A stretch of 64,000 nt of DNA from Alphaproteobacteria bacterium. Its GTDB lineage: Bacteria > Pseudomonadota > Alphaproteobacteria > JACAEB01. The notes below the pieces were generated by a model, which ran no database searches, was not told the DNA's origin, and saw only the letters and a list, made by a program, of their open reading frames with translations. A program made the translations under genes and the position numbers. Every line of letters starts with the position of its first letter. Within the stretch, counting starts at the first letter, position 1. Where the stretch lies: contig JACKLE010000001.1 of NCBI GenBank assembly GCA_024236075.1, forward strand, positions 130,440-194,439, in the 5' to 3' direction. Shown here piece after piece: positions 29,003 through 38,369 of this stretch.

Positions 29003-30952
29003 TCATCCGGCCTTGTTCACCCGCATATACCATTCCACGAGCCGGCGCACCTGGCGCTCCGAATAGCCGCGAGTGAGCATGCGGGCGACGAACTCGTTGT
29101 GCTTCTTCTGAGTCTCGGTGTCCTTCTTCGACTCGAAGCTGATGACGGGCAGCAGATCCTCGACCTGGCTGAACATCCGCTTCTCAATGACCGAGCGCAG
29201 CTTCTCGTAGGACGTCCAGGCCGGGTTCTTGCCGTTGTTGGCGGCGCGCGCGCGCAGCGCGAACTTCACGACCTCGTTGCGGAAGTCCTTCGGATTGGCG
29301 ATGCCGGCCGGCTTCTCGATCTTGGAGAGCTCCTGATTGAGCAGCTCGCGGTCCATGAGCTGGCCCGTGTCGGGGTCCTTGAAGTCCTGATCCTCGATCC
29401 AGGCGTCGGCATAGGCGATGTAGCGGTCGAAGAGGTTCTGTCCGTACTCGGAGTAGCTCTCGAGATATGCCTTCTGGATTTCCTTGCCGATGAACTCCGC
29501 ATAGCGGGGGGCGAGATCGGCCTTGATGAACTCAAGGAACCGTCGCTCCGTGTCCTCGGAATATTGCTCGCGCTTGATCGCGGTCTCGAGCACGTACATG
29601 AGGTGCACCGGGTCGGCCGCGACCTCCTCCGTGTCGAAATTGAAGGTCTCGGAGAGCACCTTGAATGCGAACCGCGTCGAGATGCCTGTCATGCCCTCGT
29701 CGACGCCGGCCGCGTCGCGATACTCCTGCAGGGTCTTGGCCTTGGGATCGGTGTCCTTCAGCTTCTCGCCGTCATAGACGCGCATCTTGGAGAAGACGTT
29801 CGAGTTCTCGTGCTCCTTGAGGCGCGTCATCACCGAGAAGCGCGCAAGGAGCTTCAGGGTCTCGGGCGAGCAGCGCGCATGGCCGAGCTCGGAATTGCCG
29901 AGCAGCTTCTCGTAGATCAGCGTCTCCTCGGTGACGCGCAGGCAGTAGGGCACCTTCACGACGCAGATGCGGTCGAGGAAGGCCTCGTTGTTCTTGTTCG
30001 ACTTGAAGAGCGTCCACTCGGCCTCGTTCGAATGCGCGAGCACGATGCCCTGGAACGGAATGGGGCCGATCGCCTCGGTGCCGATGTAGTTCGATTCCTG
30101 CGTCGCGGTGAGCAGAGGATGCAGAACCTTGATCGGCGCCTTGAACATCTCCACGAATTCGAGAAGGCCCTGGTTCGAGCGGCAGAGGCCGCCCGAGTAG
30201 GCATAGGCGTCGGCGTCGTTCTGCGCGAAATGCTCGAGCTTGCGGATGTCGACCTTGCCGGTCAGCGCCGAGATGTCCTGATTGTTCTCGTCGCCCGGCT
30301 CCGTCTTCGAGACGGCGATCTGGCGGAGCTTCGAGGGATAGAGCCGCACCACCTCGAATTTCGAGATGTCTCCGTTGAACGAGTCCAGCCGCTTCACGGC
30401 CCAGGGGCTCATGATGCCGGTGAGGCGCCGCCGCTCGATGCCGTACTTGTCCTCCAGCAATTGAATGAGCTCGGAGGACTGGAAGAGGCCCAAGGGCGAT
30501 TCGAAGACGGGGCTGATCTCGTCGCGGGCCTTGAGGACGTAGATGGGGTTCTTCTCCATCAGGTCCTTCAGCCGCTCCGCGAGCGAGGACTTGCCGCCGC
30601 CGACCGGGCCGAGGAGGTAGAGGATCTGGCGCTTTTCCTCGAGGCCCTGCGCGGCATAGGTGAAATAGCCGACGATGCGCTCGATCGTGTCCTCCATGCC
30701 GTAGAAGCCATCGAAGGAGCGGTAGCGCTTGATCGTCCGGTTGAAGAAGATTCGGCTGAGGCGCGGGTCGCGGGAGGTGTCGAAGAGGTCGGGCTCGCCG
30801 ATCGCGGCGATCATGCGTTCGGCGGGGCTCGCATACATCATCGGGTCGTCGCGTGCGCCGAGGAGGTAGTCGCGCAAGGAGATCGCCTCGTGGCGCTCGC
30901 GCGTATAGACCTCCTGGAAGATGTCGAAGACGTCGAGATCCTTGCTCGTCAT
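29003..30952 (-). CDS. prkA: PrkA/YeaG family AAA-type serine protein kinase/protease-like protein
   Basis: 649 aa. P-loop ..LLGPVGGGKSSL.. and overall PrkA-like sequence. Start taken at MTSKDLDVFDIF.. (30952), not the ORF-track 31030. Confidence 0.9.
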   Translation of the reverse strand: MTSKDLDVFDIFQEVYTRERHEAISLRDYLLGARDDPMMYASPAERMIAAIGEPDLFDTSRDPRLSRIFFNRTIKRYRSFDGFYGMEDTIERIVGYFTYAAQGLEEKRQILYLLGPVGGGKSSLAERLKDLMEKNPIYVLKARDEISPVFESPLGLFQSSELIQLLEDKYGIERRRLTGIMSPWAVKRLDSFNGDISKFEVVRLYPSKLRQIAVSKTEPGDENNQDISALTGKVDIRKLEHFAQNDADAYAYSGGLCRSNQGLLEFVEMFKAPIKVLHPLLTATQESNYIGTEAIGPIPFQGIVLAHSNEAEWTLFKSNKNNEAFLDRICVVKVPYCLRVTEETLIYEKLLGNSELGHARCSPETLKLLARFSVMTRLKEHENSNVFSKMRVYDGEKLKDTDPKAKTLQEYRDAAGVDEGMTGISTRFAFKVLSETFNFDTEEVAADPVHLMYVLETAIKREQYSEDTERRFLEFIKADLAPRYAEFIGKEIQKAYLESYSEYGQNLFDRYIAYADAWIEDQDFKDPDTGQLMDRELLNQELSKIEKPAGIANPKDFRNEVVKFALRARAANNGKNPAWTSYEKLRSVIEKRMFSQVEDLLPVISFESKKDTETQKKHNEFVARMLTRGYSERQVRRLVEWYMRVNKAG

Positions 30953-31209
30953 TTTCTCATCACCTGCGTTCGGTTCGCCCGTTGCTCGCCCTCGTCCTCT
31001 GCCCGCGCCGGGAACCGGGGGCCCGTCCAAATTCTTTCGTCGCGGCGCATGCGGCTCCGCCTGGCCGAGCCGCGACAGGGCAAATCCCGCATCCGCGCAT
31101 CGCCTGCCCCATTGTGCGCCCGGGGGCGAGGTCGAGGAAAAGTGGTGCGCGCCCGTCCGTCGCGCCGGCCTTGCAGGTCCGGAACGTAAAACCCTAGCAA
31201 TGCAGGGTT

Positions 31210-31235
31210 AACGGAACCGATACCTTCAAAGTTCC
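31210..31235 (-). promoter_or_regulatory. Candidate EcfG-type (general stress ECF sigma) promoter for the prkA operon
   Basis: The minus strand reads GGAAC-N17-CGTT exactly (GGAAC 31235-31231, CGTT 31213-31210). It ends about 258 nt upstream of the prkA ATG. Confidence 0.4.
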
Positions 31236-31813
31236 CCGTCCCCTTGGGCGCCGCGCCGGCGGCGCCGTCCGTCAATCCCTGCCCGGCCGGAAGGCCGGGC
31301 CGTGCAACCGCTCTGCAAGGCATGCCATTCGCGTGCCGAACCGGCGCGCCCTTGCCTGGGCTCGTTCCGAATTGGCCGGAGCCGGGTCTGCGAAAGGTGA
31401 CACGTCCATCGACCGAGTCGCGCCCCTCCGCGAATCCGTCCGTCCACGTCTTCCGGCGGATCGTCACGCGCCCGCCGGCTTCATCCTCGCCACTCGCCAG
31501 GATACCTCGCTCCCGGTTGCGACGCCGCATCGCAGCGCCCCTTGCCGCTGCAGCGCAGCAGCCATCACCGATGTAACCACTGTTCGCGCTCGGATAGAAG
31601 CCTTCATTCGCTTTCCATGTAATTTGCTCAAGATTCTTGGCAACGATATGGCAAGGCGCTCGCCCTCGCGCTACGCTCGATATCGCGCGGCGCTCGGCAG
31701 GGCTCGCGCGCGGATGCTGCAAGCGGTGCGCCTCGCATGCGCGCTGCGGAAGTCTGCCGCGACTTTGTTCATGTGCTGCCCCGAATTGATGCAGGGAGAG
31801 CGAGCCCCACGCG

Positions 31814-32383
31814 ATGAGCGCAGTTTCCGCCCTCAGCGTACGACCCGCCATCGAGGCCGATGCGCAAACCATCGGCACCGTCTACGTCGCCTCGTGGCTC
31901 GACACCTATGCCGGGCTCATCCCGTCAACCGTATTAAGGCGCCTCGACGCGCGCCAGGTCGCCGGCCGCATGCGTGCGCTGCTGCGCGCGCCGCGCGCCC
32001 GCGAGCGCATTCTCGTCGCCGAGCGGGACAAGGCCGTGATCGGCATGGCGACCTTCGGACGCAGCGCCGATCGAGGCCTCGGCTTCGATAGCGAGCTCTA
32101 TACGCTCTATGTGGACCCGGCCCATTTCGGGCGCGGGGCGGGCGGCGCGCTTCTCGATGCGGTGCTCGGCGCCGAAGCGGCTCGGGGAGCGGCTTCGCTC
32201 GTCGTGTGGGTGCTGGCGGCCAATCCGGCGCGCTTCTTCTATGAGGCGAAGGGCGGAAAGCTCATCGCGACCCGCGAGCTGAAGCAGTGGGGCGTGCGCC
32301 TGCCCTCGCTCGGCTATGGCTGGTCGGAGCTGAAGCCCGTGCGGGGCGCGCGGGCGGGCGGGCGGGCCGCCCGGCGGAACTGA
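31814..32383 (+). CDS. GNAT family N-acetyltransferase
   Basis: ..LYVDPAHFGRGAGGALLDAV.. is the acetyl-CoA binding motif (Q/RxxGxG/A). 189 aa. Confidence 0.75.
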   Translation: MSAVSALSVRPAIEADAQTIGTVYVASWLDTYAGLIPSTVLRRLDARQVAGRMRALLRAPRARERILVAERDKAVIGMATFGRSADRGLGFDSELYTLYVDPAHFGRGAGGALLDAVLGAEAARGAASLVVWVLAANPARFFYEAKGGKLIATRELKQWGVRLPSLGYGWSELKPVRGARAGGRAARRN

Positions 32384-32407
32384 ACCGGCCGGCGGCAATC
32401 CGGCCCG

Positions 32408-32947
32408 TCAGTCCTCGAGCTGCGCAAGCTCCTTTGGCTTCACGACATCGGCGAGCTCGCATTCGTGCGGCATTACGTCGCTCCACGTCGCGGTCGGCGC
32501 GACGAGGACCGCGAGAGCCGCGGTCGGGAAGCCGCCGGCGACCTTCGCCCTGGCGGCGCGCTCATGTTCCGCGCCCGGCTGGCGCGCGAGCATGTCGATG
32601 AGATCCTCGAGGCCGGGATTGTGGGCGATGATGAGCGTGCGCGCGGAGGTATCCGGCAGGCGGCGCACCTCGCGCAGCATATTGGGCGCCGGCACGTGGT
32701 AGATGCCCGACTCGACCATCGTCGGAATGCCCGATCCGAGGAAGGGGCGCACGAGCTCGAGCGTCTCGAGCGTGCGCGTCGCCGAGGAGCACAGGATGAA
32801 ATCGGGGATATAGCCGCGATCGCGCATATAGGCGCCGATCACGGGGCCCGAAGCCCGCCCGCGCTCGTTCAGATGGCGGTCATGGTCCTCGACGGTCGGA
32901 TCGGACCAGGACGATTTGGCGTGGCGCAAGAGATAGAGCGTCTTCAT
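32408..32947 (-). CDS. Histidine phosphatase family protein (SixA-like)
   Basis: MKTLYLLRHAKSSW.. (RHA/G catalytic motif) and ..LIIAHNPGLEDL.. . 179 aa. Confidence 0.75.
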   Translation of the reverse strand: MKTLYLLRHAKSSWSDPTVEDHDRHLNERGRASGPVIGAYMRDRGYIPDFILCSSATRTLETLELVRPFLGSGIPTMVESGIYHVPAPNMLREVRRLPDTSARTLIIAHNPGLEDLIDMLARQPGAEHERAARAKVAGGFPTAALAVLVAPTATWSDVMPHECELADVVKPKELAQLED

Positions 32948-32973
32948 GGCGTCAGGCGATACTCTCCCAGTCC

Positions 32974-33801
32974 TCAGGCGGCTGGTCCATCGGCGCGGAT
33001 CGGCAGTACGAGAAGACCGGCGAGAGATTGCGCTTCCGGTCCGTCGAAACCGTCGAGACCGACACGCATGCCCCCGTGCCCGAGCGAGGGCTCGGCCACA
33101 TAGGTTCCGAACAGCCGGTCCCACAGGGACAGATAGAAGCCGAAATTCGCGTTCGTCTCCACCGGGATGCGCGAATGATGGACGCGGTGCATGTCCGGCG
33201 TGACGAGAACGAGGCGCAGGGCGGCATCGACCGGTCGCGGCAGGGCGAGGTTGGCATGGTTGAACATCGCCATCCCGTTGAGAACGACCTCGAAGATCAC
33301 AACTGCAGCGGGCGGGATCCCCAGGGCGAGCACCGCCAGCACCTTGAGGCCCATCGACAGGGCGATCTCGGCGGGGTGGAAGCGCAGGGCGGTCGTCACG
33401 TCCACATCGAGATCCGTGTGATGGGGCCGGTGAAGGCGCCATAGCGGCGCGATTCGATGAAGCGCCACATGCTGGGAATAGACGAGGAGATCGAGCGCCA
33501 GAACGCCGATGGCCAATGCGGCCCAGCGGGGCAGCTCCGCGGCGTGGAGAAGCCCGATCCCTCGGCCTTCCGCGAGGACGGCCGCGCCGACGGCCACGAG
33601 CGGGGCGGCAATGAAGGCAAGGAGGCGCACGAGCCCGGCGCCCGCCGCTCCCATGGCGAGATTGGCGAACCAGCGCCGGCCTCGCCCGCGCGCTCGCGAC
33701 CGGCGGGGAAAGGCGGACTCCAGTCCGGCGAAAGCGGCGAGGAGGCCAAGATAGGCCGAGAGCCGCAGGATCGGCTCATTGGCAATGAGGAACGTTTCCA
33801 T
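32974..33801 (-). CDS. Sterol desaturase / fatty acid hydroxylase family membrane protein
   Basis: Histidine boxes HVALH.., HRPHH, HRVHH, with several TM segments. Confidence 0.75.
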   Translation of the reverse strand: METFLIANEPILRLSAYLGLLAAFAGLESAFPRRSRARGRGRRWFANLAMGAAGAGLVRLLAFIAAPLVAVGAAVLAEGRGIGLLHAAELPRWAALAIGVLALDLLVYSQHVALHRIAPLWRLHRPHHTDLDVDVTTALRFHPAEIALSMGLKVLAVLALGIPPAAVVIFEVVLNGMAMFNHANLALPRPVDAALRLVLVTPDMHRVHHSRIPVETNANFGFYLSLWDRLFGTYVAEPSLGHGGMRVGLDGFDGPEAQSLAGLLVLPIRADGPAA

Positions 33802-34023
33802 GGCGCGCCATGCTATCGCACGCGCGGTGCCGAGCGTCTGGAATCGATGCGGACGGGGGGCTATCCTGGCCCGGCTGAATCCGGGCGGCGCTCGGGGCCC
33901 TCGGCCTTCCGCTCGCGGCCTGGATCCGCGCGACAGCGCGCGGGACCCCGTGCGCCAACTCTCATATGCCCCGGCCTGGCGAGGCGCGCATGCGCCCGCT
34001 CGCGCCGGGGCCTTCTTTGATCC

Positions 34024-34437
34024 TCAGAGGGTCATATGACGCGCGCGGGCGGAGCGTTCGATGGCCGCCGCCGCCAGGCGATCGATCTCGAGCTTGTTGC
34101 GGATGAGCTCGAGGACGCGCAGCTCTTCCTGCGCGACGCGGCTGTCGGCGGCCGCGACCTCGACCGCGACGGCATAGGCGGTCTCGCGCAGCTTCGCCGG
34201 GATCGAGCTGCGCGCAAGCTCGAGAACCGCGTCGAGCCCTCCGTCGGCGGAGAGAATCTCGCCCACTTCCTCGGCCGCCACGACAAGGCGCTCCGGGTCG
34301 AAGTCGCGGAAGACCGGGAACTTCTGCACGATGTAGCCGATCTCGCCGAGCTCTCCGTCCGTCATGTTCGCGTCCGAGGCGGACACGAGAACCATGAGGT
34401 AGATGAGCGCCTGGTGGGGGCTGACCTTTGCCGACAT
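34024..34437 (-). CDS. TerB-like (tellurite resistance TerB family) protein
   Basis: 137-aa helical protein: ..LIYLMVLVSASDANMTDGELGEIG..AYAVAVEVAAADSRVAQEELRVLELIRNKLEI.. has TerB-fold character. Confidence 0.55.
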   Translation of the reverse strand: MSAKVSPHQALIYLMVLVSASDANMTDGELGEIGYIVQKFPVFRDFDPERLVVAAEEVGEILSADGGLDAVLELARSSIPAKLRETAYAVAVEVAAADSRVAQEELRVLELIRNKLEIDRLAAAAIERSARARHMTL

Positions 34438-34526
34438 CGCGCTGTCCTCGCCTGAAGGAGCCGTGAAAGTGCGGCGACACTAGAAACAAGGGTGCGCCCG
34501 CGCAAGGCGGGGCACGGAGCCCGGCC

Positions 34527-34949
34527 ATGATCGAGATCACACGCAGGATCCGCCTCTCCGAATCGGAGCTGAAGGAGGAATTCATCCGTGCCTCGGGGCC
34601 GGGCGGCCAGAACGTCAACAAGGTCGCGACGGCCGTGCGCCTCTCCTTCGACGTCGCCGGCTCGCCCTCGCTCGCCGAGGAGGTGCGGGAGCGGCTCGTG
34701 CGCCTCGCGGGCCGCCGGCTCTCCAAGGAAGGGGTTCTCTCGATCGTGGCGCAGCGCTTCCGCACCCAGGAGCGCAACCGCCTGGACGCGCGGGAGCGCC
34801 TCTTCGACCTGATCCGCCGCGCGGCGGAGCCGCCCGTCCGACGACGGGCGACGGCGGTGCCCAGGGCGTCGAGGCAGGAACGGCGGGACGCGAAAGGCCG
34901 GCGCGCGCAGGTGAAGGCGCGGCGCGCCCGCCCGTCCGCGGAGGAGTGA
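34527..34949 (+). CDS. arfB: Alternative ribosome-rescue factor ArfB (peptidyl-tRNA hydrolase, GGQ)
   Basis: 140 aa. ..RASGPGGQNVNKVATAV.. GGQ motif plus a basic C-terminal tail. Confidence 0.85.
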   Translation: MIEITRRIRLSESELKEEFIRASGPGGQNVNKVATAVRLSFDVAGSPSLAEEVRERLVRLAGRRLSKEGVLSIVAQRFRTQERNRLDARERLFDLIRRAAEPPVRRRATAVPRASRQERRDAKGRRAQVKARRARPSAEE

Positions 34950-35022
34950 GGCGCGCATTGCCAGGACAGCCCAAAGGGCTTAACCGTCCAAATCCTCCCC
35001 CGGCCCCCCGAGCCCGCGAGCC

Positions 35023-36627
35023 ATGAGCCAAGCCCTGCACGACGCGATGATGGCCTCGACGGCCTGGCCTTTCGAGGAGGCGCGCAAGCTTCTCGCCCGG
35101 CTCGAGAAGCACCCGGAAACCTCGCCCGTTCTCTTCGAGACCGGCTACGGGCCCTCAGGCCTGCCGCATATCGGCACGTTCGGCGAGGTCGCGCGCACGG
35201 CCATGGTGCGGCATGCCTTCGAGTGCCTCGCGCCGGGCGTCGAAACCCATCTCATCGCCTTTTCCGACGACATGGACGGCATGCGGAAGATTCCGCCCAA
35301 CCTGCCGAACCAGGAGATGCTGAAGGCGCATATCGGCAAGCCGCTCTCGCGCGTGCCCGATCCCTTCGGCACCCATGAGAGCTATGCCGCGCACAACAAT
35401 GCGCGCCTTCGCGCCTTTCTCGACGAGTTCGGCTTCGCCTACGAATTCATGAGCTCGACGGCGACCTATGCCTCGGGCGCCTTCGACGCCGCACTCCTGC
35501 GCATGATCGCGGTCTATGACGAGGTCATGGCCATCATTCTGCCGACCCTCGGCCCGGAGCGGCGCGCGACCTACAGCCCGTTCCTGCCCGTGAGCCCGAA
35601 GACCGGCCGCGTCCTCCAGGTGCCGCTCCTCGGACGCGACGCGGCGGCGGGAACGATCCTTTTCGCGGACGAGGACGGGACGCGAACGGAGCTTCCCGTC
35701 ACGGGCGGGCACGTCAAGTGCCAGTGGAAGGCCGACTGGGCGCTGCGCTGGTTCGCGCTCGGCGTGGACTACGAGATGGCGGGCAAGGATCTCATCGATT
35801 CCGTGACGCTCTCCTCGAAGATCGTGCGCGCGCTCGGCGGGACGCCGCCCGAAGGCTTCAACTACGAGCTCTTCCTCGACGACAATGGAGAGAAGATCTC
35901 GAAGACCCGCGGCAACGGCCTCACCATCGAGGAGTGGCTGCGCTATGCGAGCCCCGAAAGCCTCGCGCTTTTCATGTATCAGGCGCCGAGGAAGGCCAAG
36001 CGCCTCTATTTCGACGTCATACCGAGGGCCGTCGACGACTACCTTCAGTTTCTCAAGGCCTATCGCGGCCAGGACGGCGCCGAGGCGATCAGGAATCCCG
36101 TCTGGCACATTCATGCCGGCCATCCGCCGGCGGAGGACGTGCCGCTGACCTTCGCTCTGCTCCTCAATCTCGTCAGCGCCTCGAACTCCGAGGACCGCAG
36201 CGTGCTATGGGGCTTCATTCGCCGCTACGACAAGACACTGTCACCGGAGAAACATCCGCTCCTCGACCGCCTCGTCGACTACGCGATCACCTATTTCCAC
36301 GATTTCGTGAAGCCGGCGAAATCCTTCCGTCCGCCGACGGACAAGGAGCGCGCTGCGCTTGCGGACCTGAAGGATCGATTCGCGACGCTGGCCGACGAGA
36401 CGCCCGACGCCGATGGCGAGGCGATCCAGGCCGTCGTCTACGAAGTAGGCAAGGCCCACGGCTTCGAGCCGCTGAGGGACTGGTTCTCGGCGCTCTATGA
36501 AGTGCTCCTCGGCCAGTCCCAGGGGCCGCGCTTCGGCTCGTTCGTCGCCCTCTACGGGCTCGGCGAGACGGTCGCCCTTCTGGAACGGGCGCTCGCCGGC
36601 GGCCTTGCCGCGCCTGCCCGCTCCTGA
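35023..36627 (+). CDS. lysK: Lysine--tRNA ligase, class I
   Basis: 534 aa. ..[15 protein letters not shown].. (HIGH-like) and ..[11 protein letters not shown].. (KMSKS-like) are characteristic of class-I LysRS. Confidence 0.9.
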   Translation: MSQALHDAMMASTAWPFEEARKLLARLEKHPETSPVLFETGYGPSGLPHIGTFGEVARTAMVRHAFECLAPGVETHLIAFSDDMDGMRKIPPNLPNQEMLKAHIGKPLSRVPDPFGTHESYAAHNNARLRAFLDEFGFAYEFMSSTATYASGAFDAALLRMIAVYDEVMAIILPTLGPERRATYSPFLPVSPKTGRVLQVPLLGRDAAAGTILFADEDGTRTELPVTGGHVKCQWKADWALRWFALGVDYEMAGKDLIDSVTLSSKIVRALGGTPPEGFNYELFLDDNGEKISKTRGNGLTIEEWLRYASPESLALFMYQAPRKAKRLYFDVIPRAVDDYLQFLKAYRGQDGAEAIRNPVWHIHAGHPPAEDVPLTFALLLNLVSASNSEDRSVLWGFIRRYDKTLSPEKHPLLDRLVDYAITYFHDFVKPAKSFRPPTDKERAALADLKDRFATLADETPDADGEAIQAVVYEVGKAHGFEPLRDWFSALYEVLLGQSQGPRFGSFVALYGLGETVALLERALAGGLAAPARS

Positions 36628-36658
36628 GCCGTCATTTCGTCCGCCGCAGGAAGAAATC

Positions 36659-36686
36659 GGGCCCGGCGGCTTCCGCCGGGCCCTTT
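36659..36686. terminator. Bidirectional intrinsic terminator (lysK / paralog B)
   Basis: GGGCCCGGCGG-CTT-CCGCCGGGCCC, a perfect 11-bp stem, then TTT on the plus strand. On the minus strand it is followed by GATTTCTTCC. Confidence 0.65.
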
Positions 36687-36691
36687 GGCCG

Positions 36692-38263
36692 TCAGGGACG
36701 CCAGTCGCTGTTGTGCAGGAAGACCTTCTGCACATAGGGCGAGGTGACGTGGTACTTGAACGCCTCGATGATCCCGCTCACCGTCGATCCGGTCGCATGG
36801 CTGTCGTAGCTGCAGGTGCTGTTGCCGAGCCAGTGCTCCTGCTCGTCGTCGTCGAGGATGGCGAGATTGGCGCCGTCATGCGTGCCGCCGTCCCAGCCGC
36901 GGCCGTCCGGCATGAGCGAGGGCGTGTCAATGCGGCCCTTGTTCTTGGGCAGGTCGGGATTGAGGATATTGGTCGAGATCGAAGGACCCGTGATGTCCGT
37001 GATCTCGATCACGTGGCAGCCGTAATGTCCGTTCGATGCCTCGCCCGCCCCCGAGTCGAACCAGTTGGGCGCGGTGATGGCGATGAGGGTCGAGCCGTCG
37101 GCCGCCAGCGCGATGTCGGTCGCACCGAGCGTGAGGTCGTCGTCGGGGCTTTCGATCCGTCCCGCGTCCTTGATCTCGACGGCCTGCGTGGGTCCGAACA
37201 GCAGACCGACATATTCCCAGCTCCACGTGTTCACATAGGACGAATGCGGATTTTGCTGCGATCTGAAGACATGGGTCCCCGTCTTCTGGATATCGATCCC
37301 CTCCTCGTCGAACGCGAAGCACTGCGTCACGAGATAGAGGCGATTGTCCGTGTGGTAGTAGAGGGCCGGCTCCTGCCACATGGCGCAATCCTCCGTGTCC
37401 TCGCCGCCGAGGTCCGTGAGATTGACGATGGACCAGTTGTCGGATGAGGACGTGCCCTCGGACCCGCCGGTGCCCTTGTTGTCCTCGAAATTCGCGACGC
37501 CGTTGCAGCTCCCGGTGCACGAGCTGTCGTCCCACGCGCCGATGTCCGGGTCCGCGCCGACGCTTCCTATGAAGAGCTGGCGGTGCTTGGTGTCCGGATT
37601 CGTCACCTGATTGTAGAGGTTGTCGACGGTGTTCGACATGACGAGCTCCAGGCGGTCGCTCGTCGCGACCTTTCCGGATCCCTCCTTGTGCCAATATTTA
37701 TCGCGAATGCCGACCCAGTAGTCGTTGCCGATCTTGGCCATGTTGAAGGTTTCCGAGTTCGTCACGCCGTAATATGCCGTGTTGGCGTAGCGAGGATCTT
37801 CGTCCCAGCGAAGGGGGATGAGCTTCATCTTCTCGCCCGTCGGCTGATAGTAGCCGTTGCTCAGCGTGAAGTTCGAGCCCGAGTCCGTCGTCTTCACGTA
37901 GTGAGTCTCGACGCTGACGACCCATGGGCTCGGCGGCGAGCTCTGGCGGCGAATCGTGTGCGGATAGGAATAGGCCAGCCACAGCGTCGCGCTGCTGCCC
38001 GTCCCGCTCTGCCAGCGGATCACGGGATCGGCATTGCCTTCGAGGTTCGTCACGTCGGTCGGCAGCGGATCGAGGCTCTCGAGATCCACATAGGGGCACG
38101 TTGGCGCGTCGCCGGGAGGATTGGGGTTGGACACTGAATCGTCGTCCTCGTAGCAGGTGACGATATCGATGTTCACGGCGGCCTGCGACGTTCCGCACCA
38201 GACCAGGGCCGGCAGCGAGAGAACGGCGGTGCCGAGGAGCCGGGCGCCTATGGAGCGCTTCAT
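36692..38263 (-). CDS. Exported 8-Cys protein of unrecognised family, paralog B (523 aa)
   Basis: Signal peptide MKRSIGARLLGTAVLSLPALVWCGTSQA. Colinear with paralog A over its full length. ATG 38263 with AGGAAA SD. Confidence 0.75.
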   Translation of the reverse strand: MKRSIGARLLGTAVLSLPALVWCGTSQAAVNIDIVTCYEDDDSVSNPNPPGDAPTCPYVDLESLDPLPTDVTNLEGNADPVIRWQSGTGSSATLWLAYSYPHTIRRQSSPPSPWVVSVETHYVKTTDSGSNFTLSNGYYQPTGEKMKLIPLRWDEDPRYANTAYYGVTNSETFNMAKIGNDYWVGIRDKYWHKEGSGKVATSDRLELVMSNTVDNLYNQVTNPDTKHRQLFIGSVGADPDIGAWDDSSCTGSCNGVANFEDNKGTGGSEGTSSSDNWSIVNLTDLGGEDTEDCAMWQEPALYYHTDNRLYLVTQCFAFDEEGIDIQKTGTHVFRSQQNPHSSYVNTWSWEYVGLLFGPTQAVEIKDAGRIESPDDDLTLGATDIALAADGSTLIAITAPNWFDSGAGEASNGHYGCHVIEITDITGPSISTNILNPDLPKNKGRIDTPSLMPDGRGWDGGTHDGANLAILDDDEQEHWLGNSTCSYDSHATGSTVSGIIEAFKYHVTSPYVQKVFLHNSDWRP

Positions 38264-38313
38264 GACGTTTCCTTTCGGTGATTTTCTTGTGGCTGGAATT
38301 CGAACGGGAAAAC

Positions 38314-38349
38314 GTCCGTGGCCGCTCGAACAGGGAAGCGGCCACGGAC
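38314..38349 (-). terminator. Hairpin (partial terminator) between paralogs A and B
   Basis: GTCCGTGGCCGC / GCGGCCACGGAC, a perfect 12-bp stem with a 12-nt loop. On the minus strand it is followed by GTTTTCCCGTT. Confidence 0.5.
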
Positions 38350-38369
38350 AGTGCCTTAGTCAGGGAGGC

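Noticed and set aside
20434-31800. Genomic island integrated at tRNA-Gly.
   Set aside because: Accessory-looking genes start right after the tRNA. However, I found no integrase, no mobility genes and no direct repeat of the tRNA 3' end by eye. The island boundary cannot be supported without comparative genomics.
30949-31878. 309-aa minus-strand ORF spanning the whole prkA upstream region, whose TGA overlaps the prkA ATG.
   Set aside because: The product is an Arg/Gly-rich, low-complexity translation. Third-position GC is visibly lower than in real genes here, and the frame contains the promoter motifs. I kept only the possibility of a short coupled upstream ORF as a remark in the findings.
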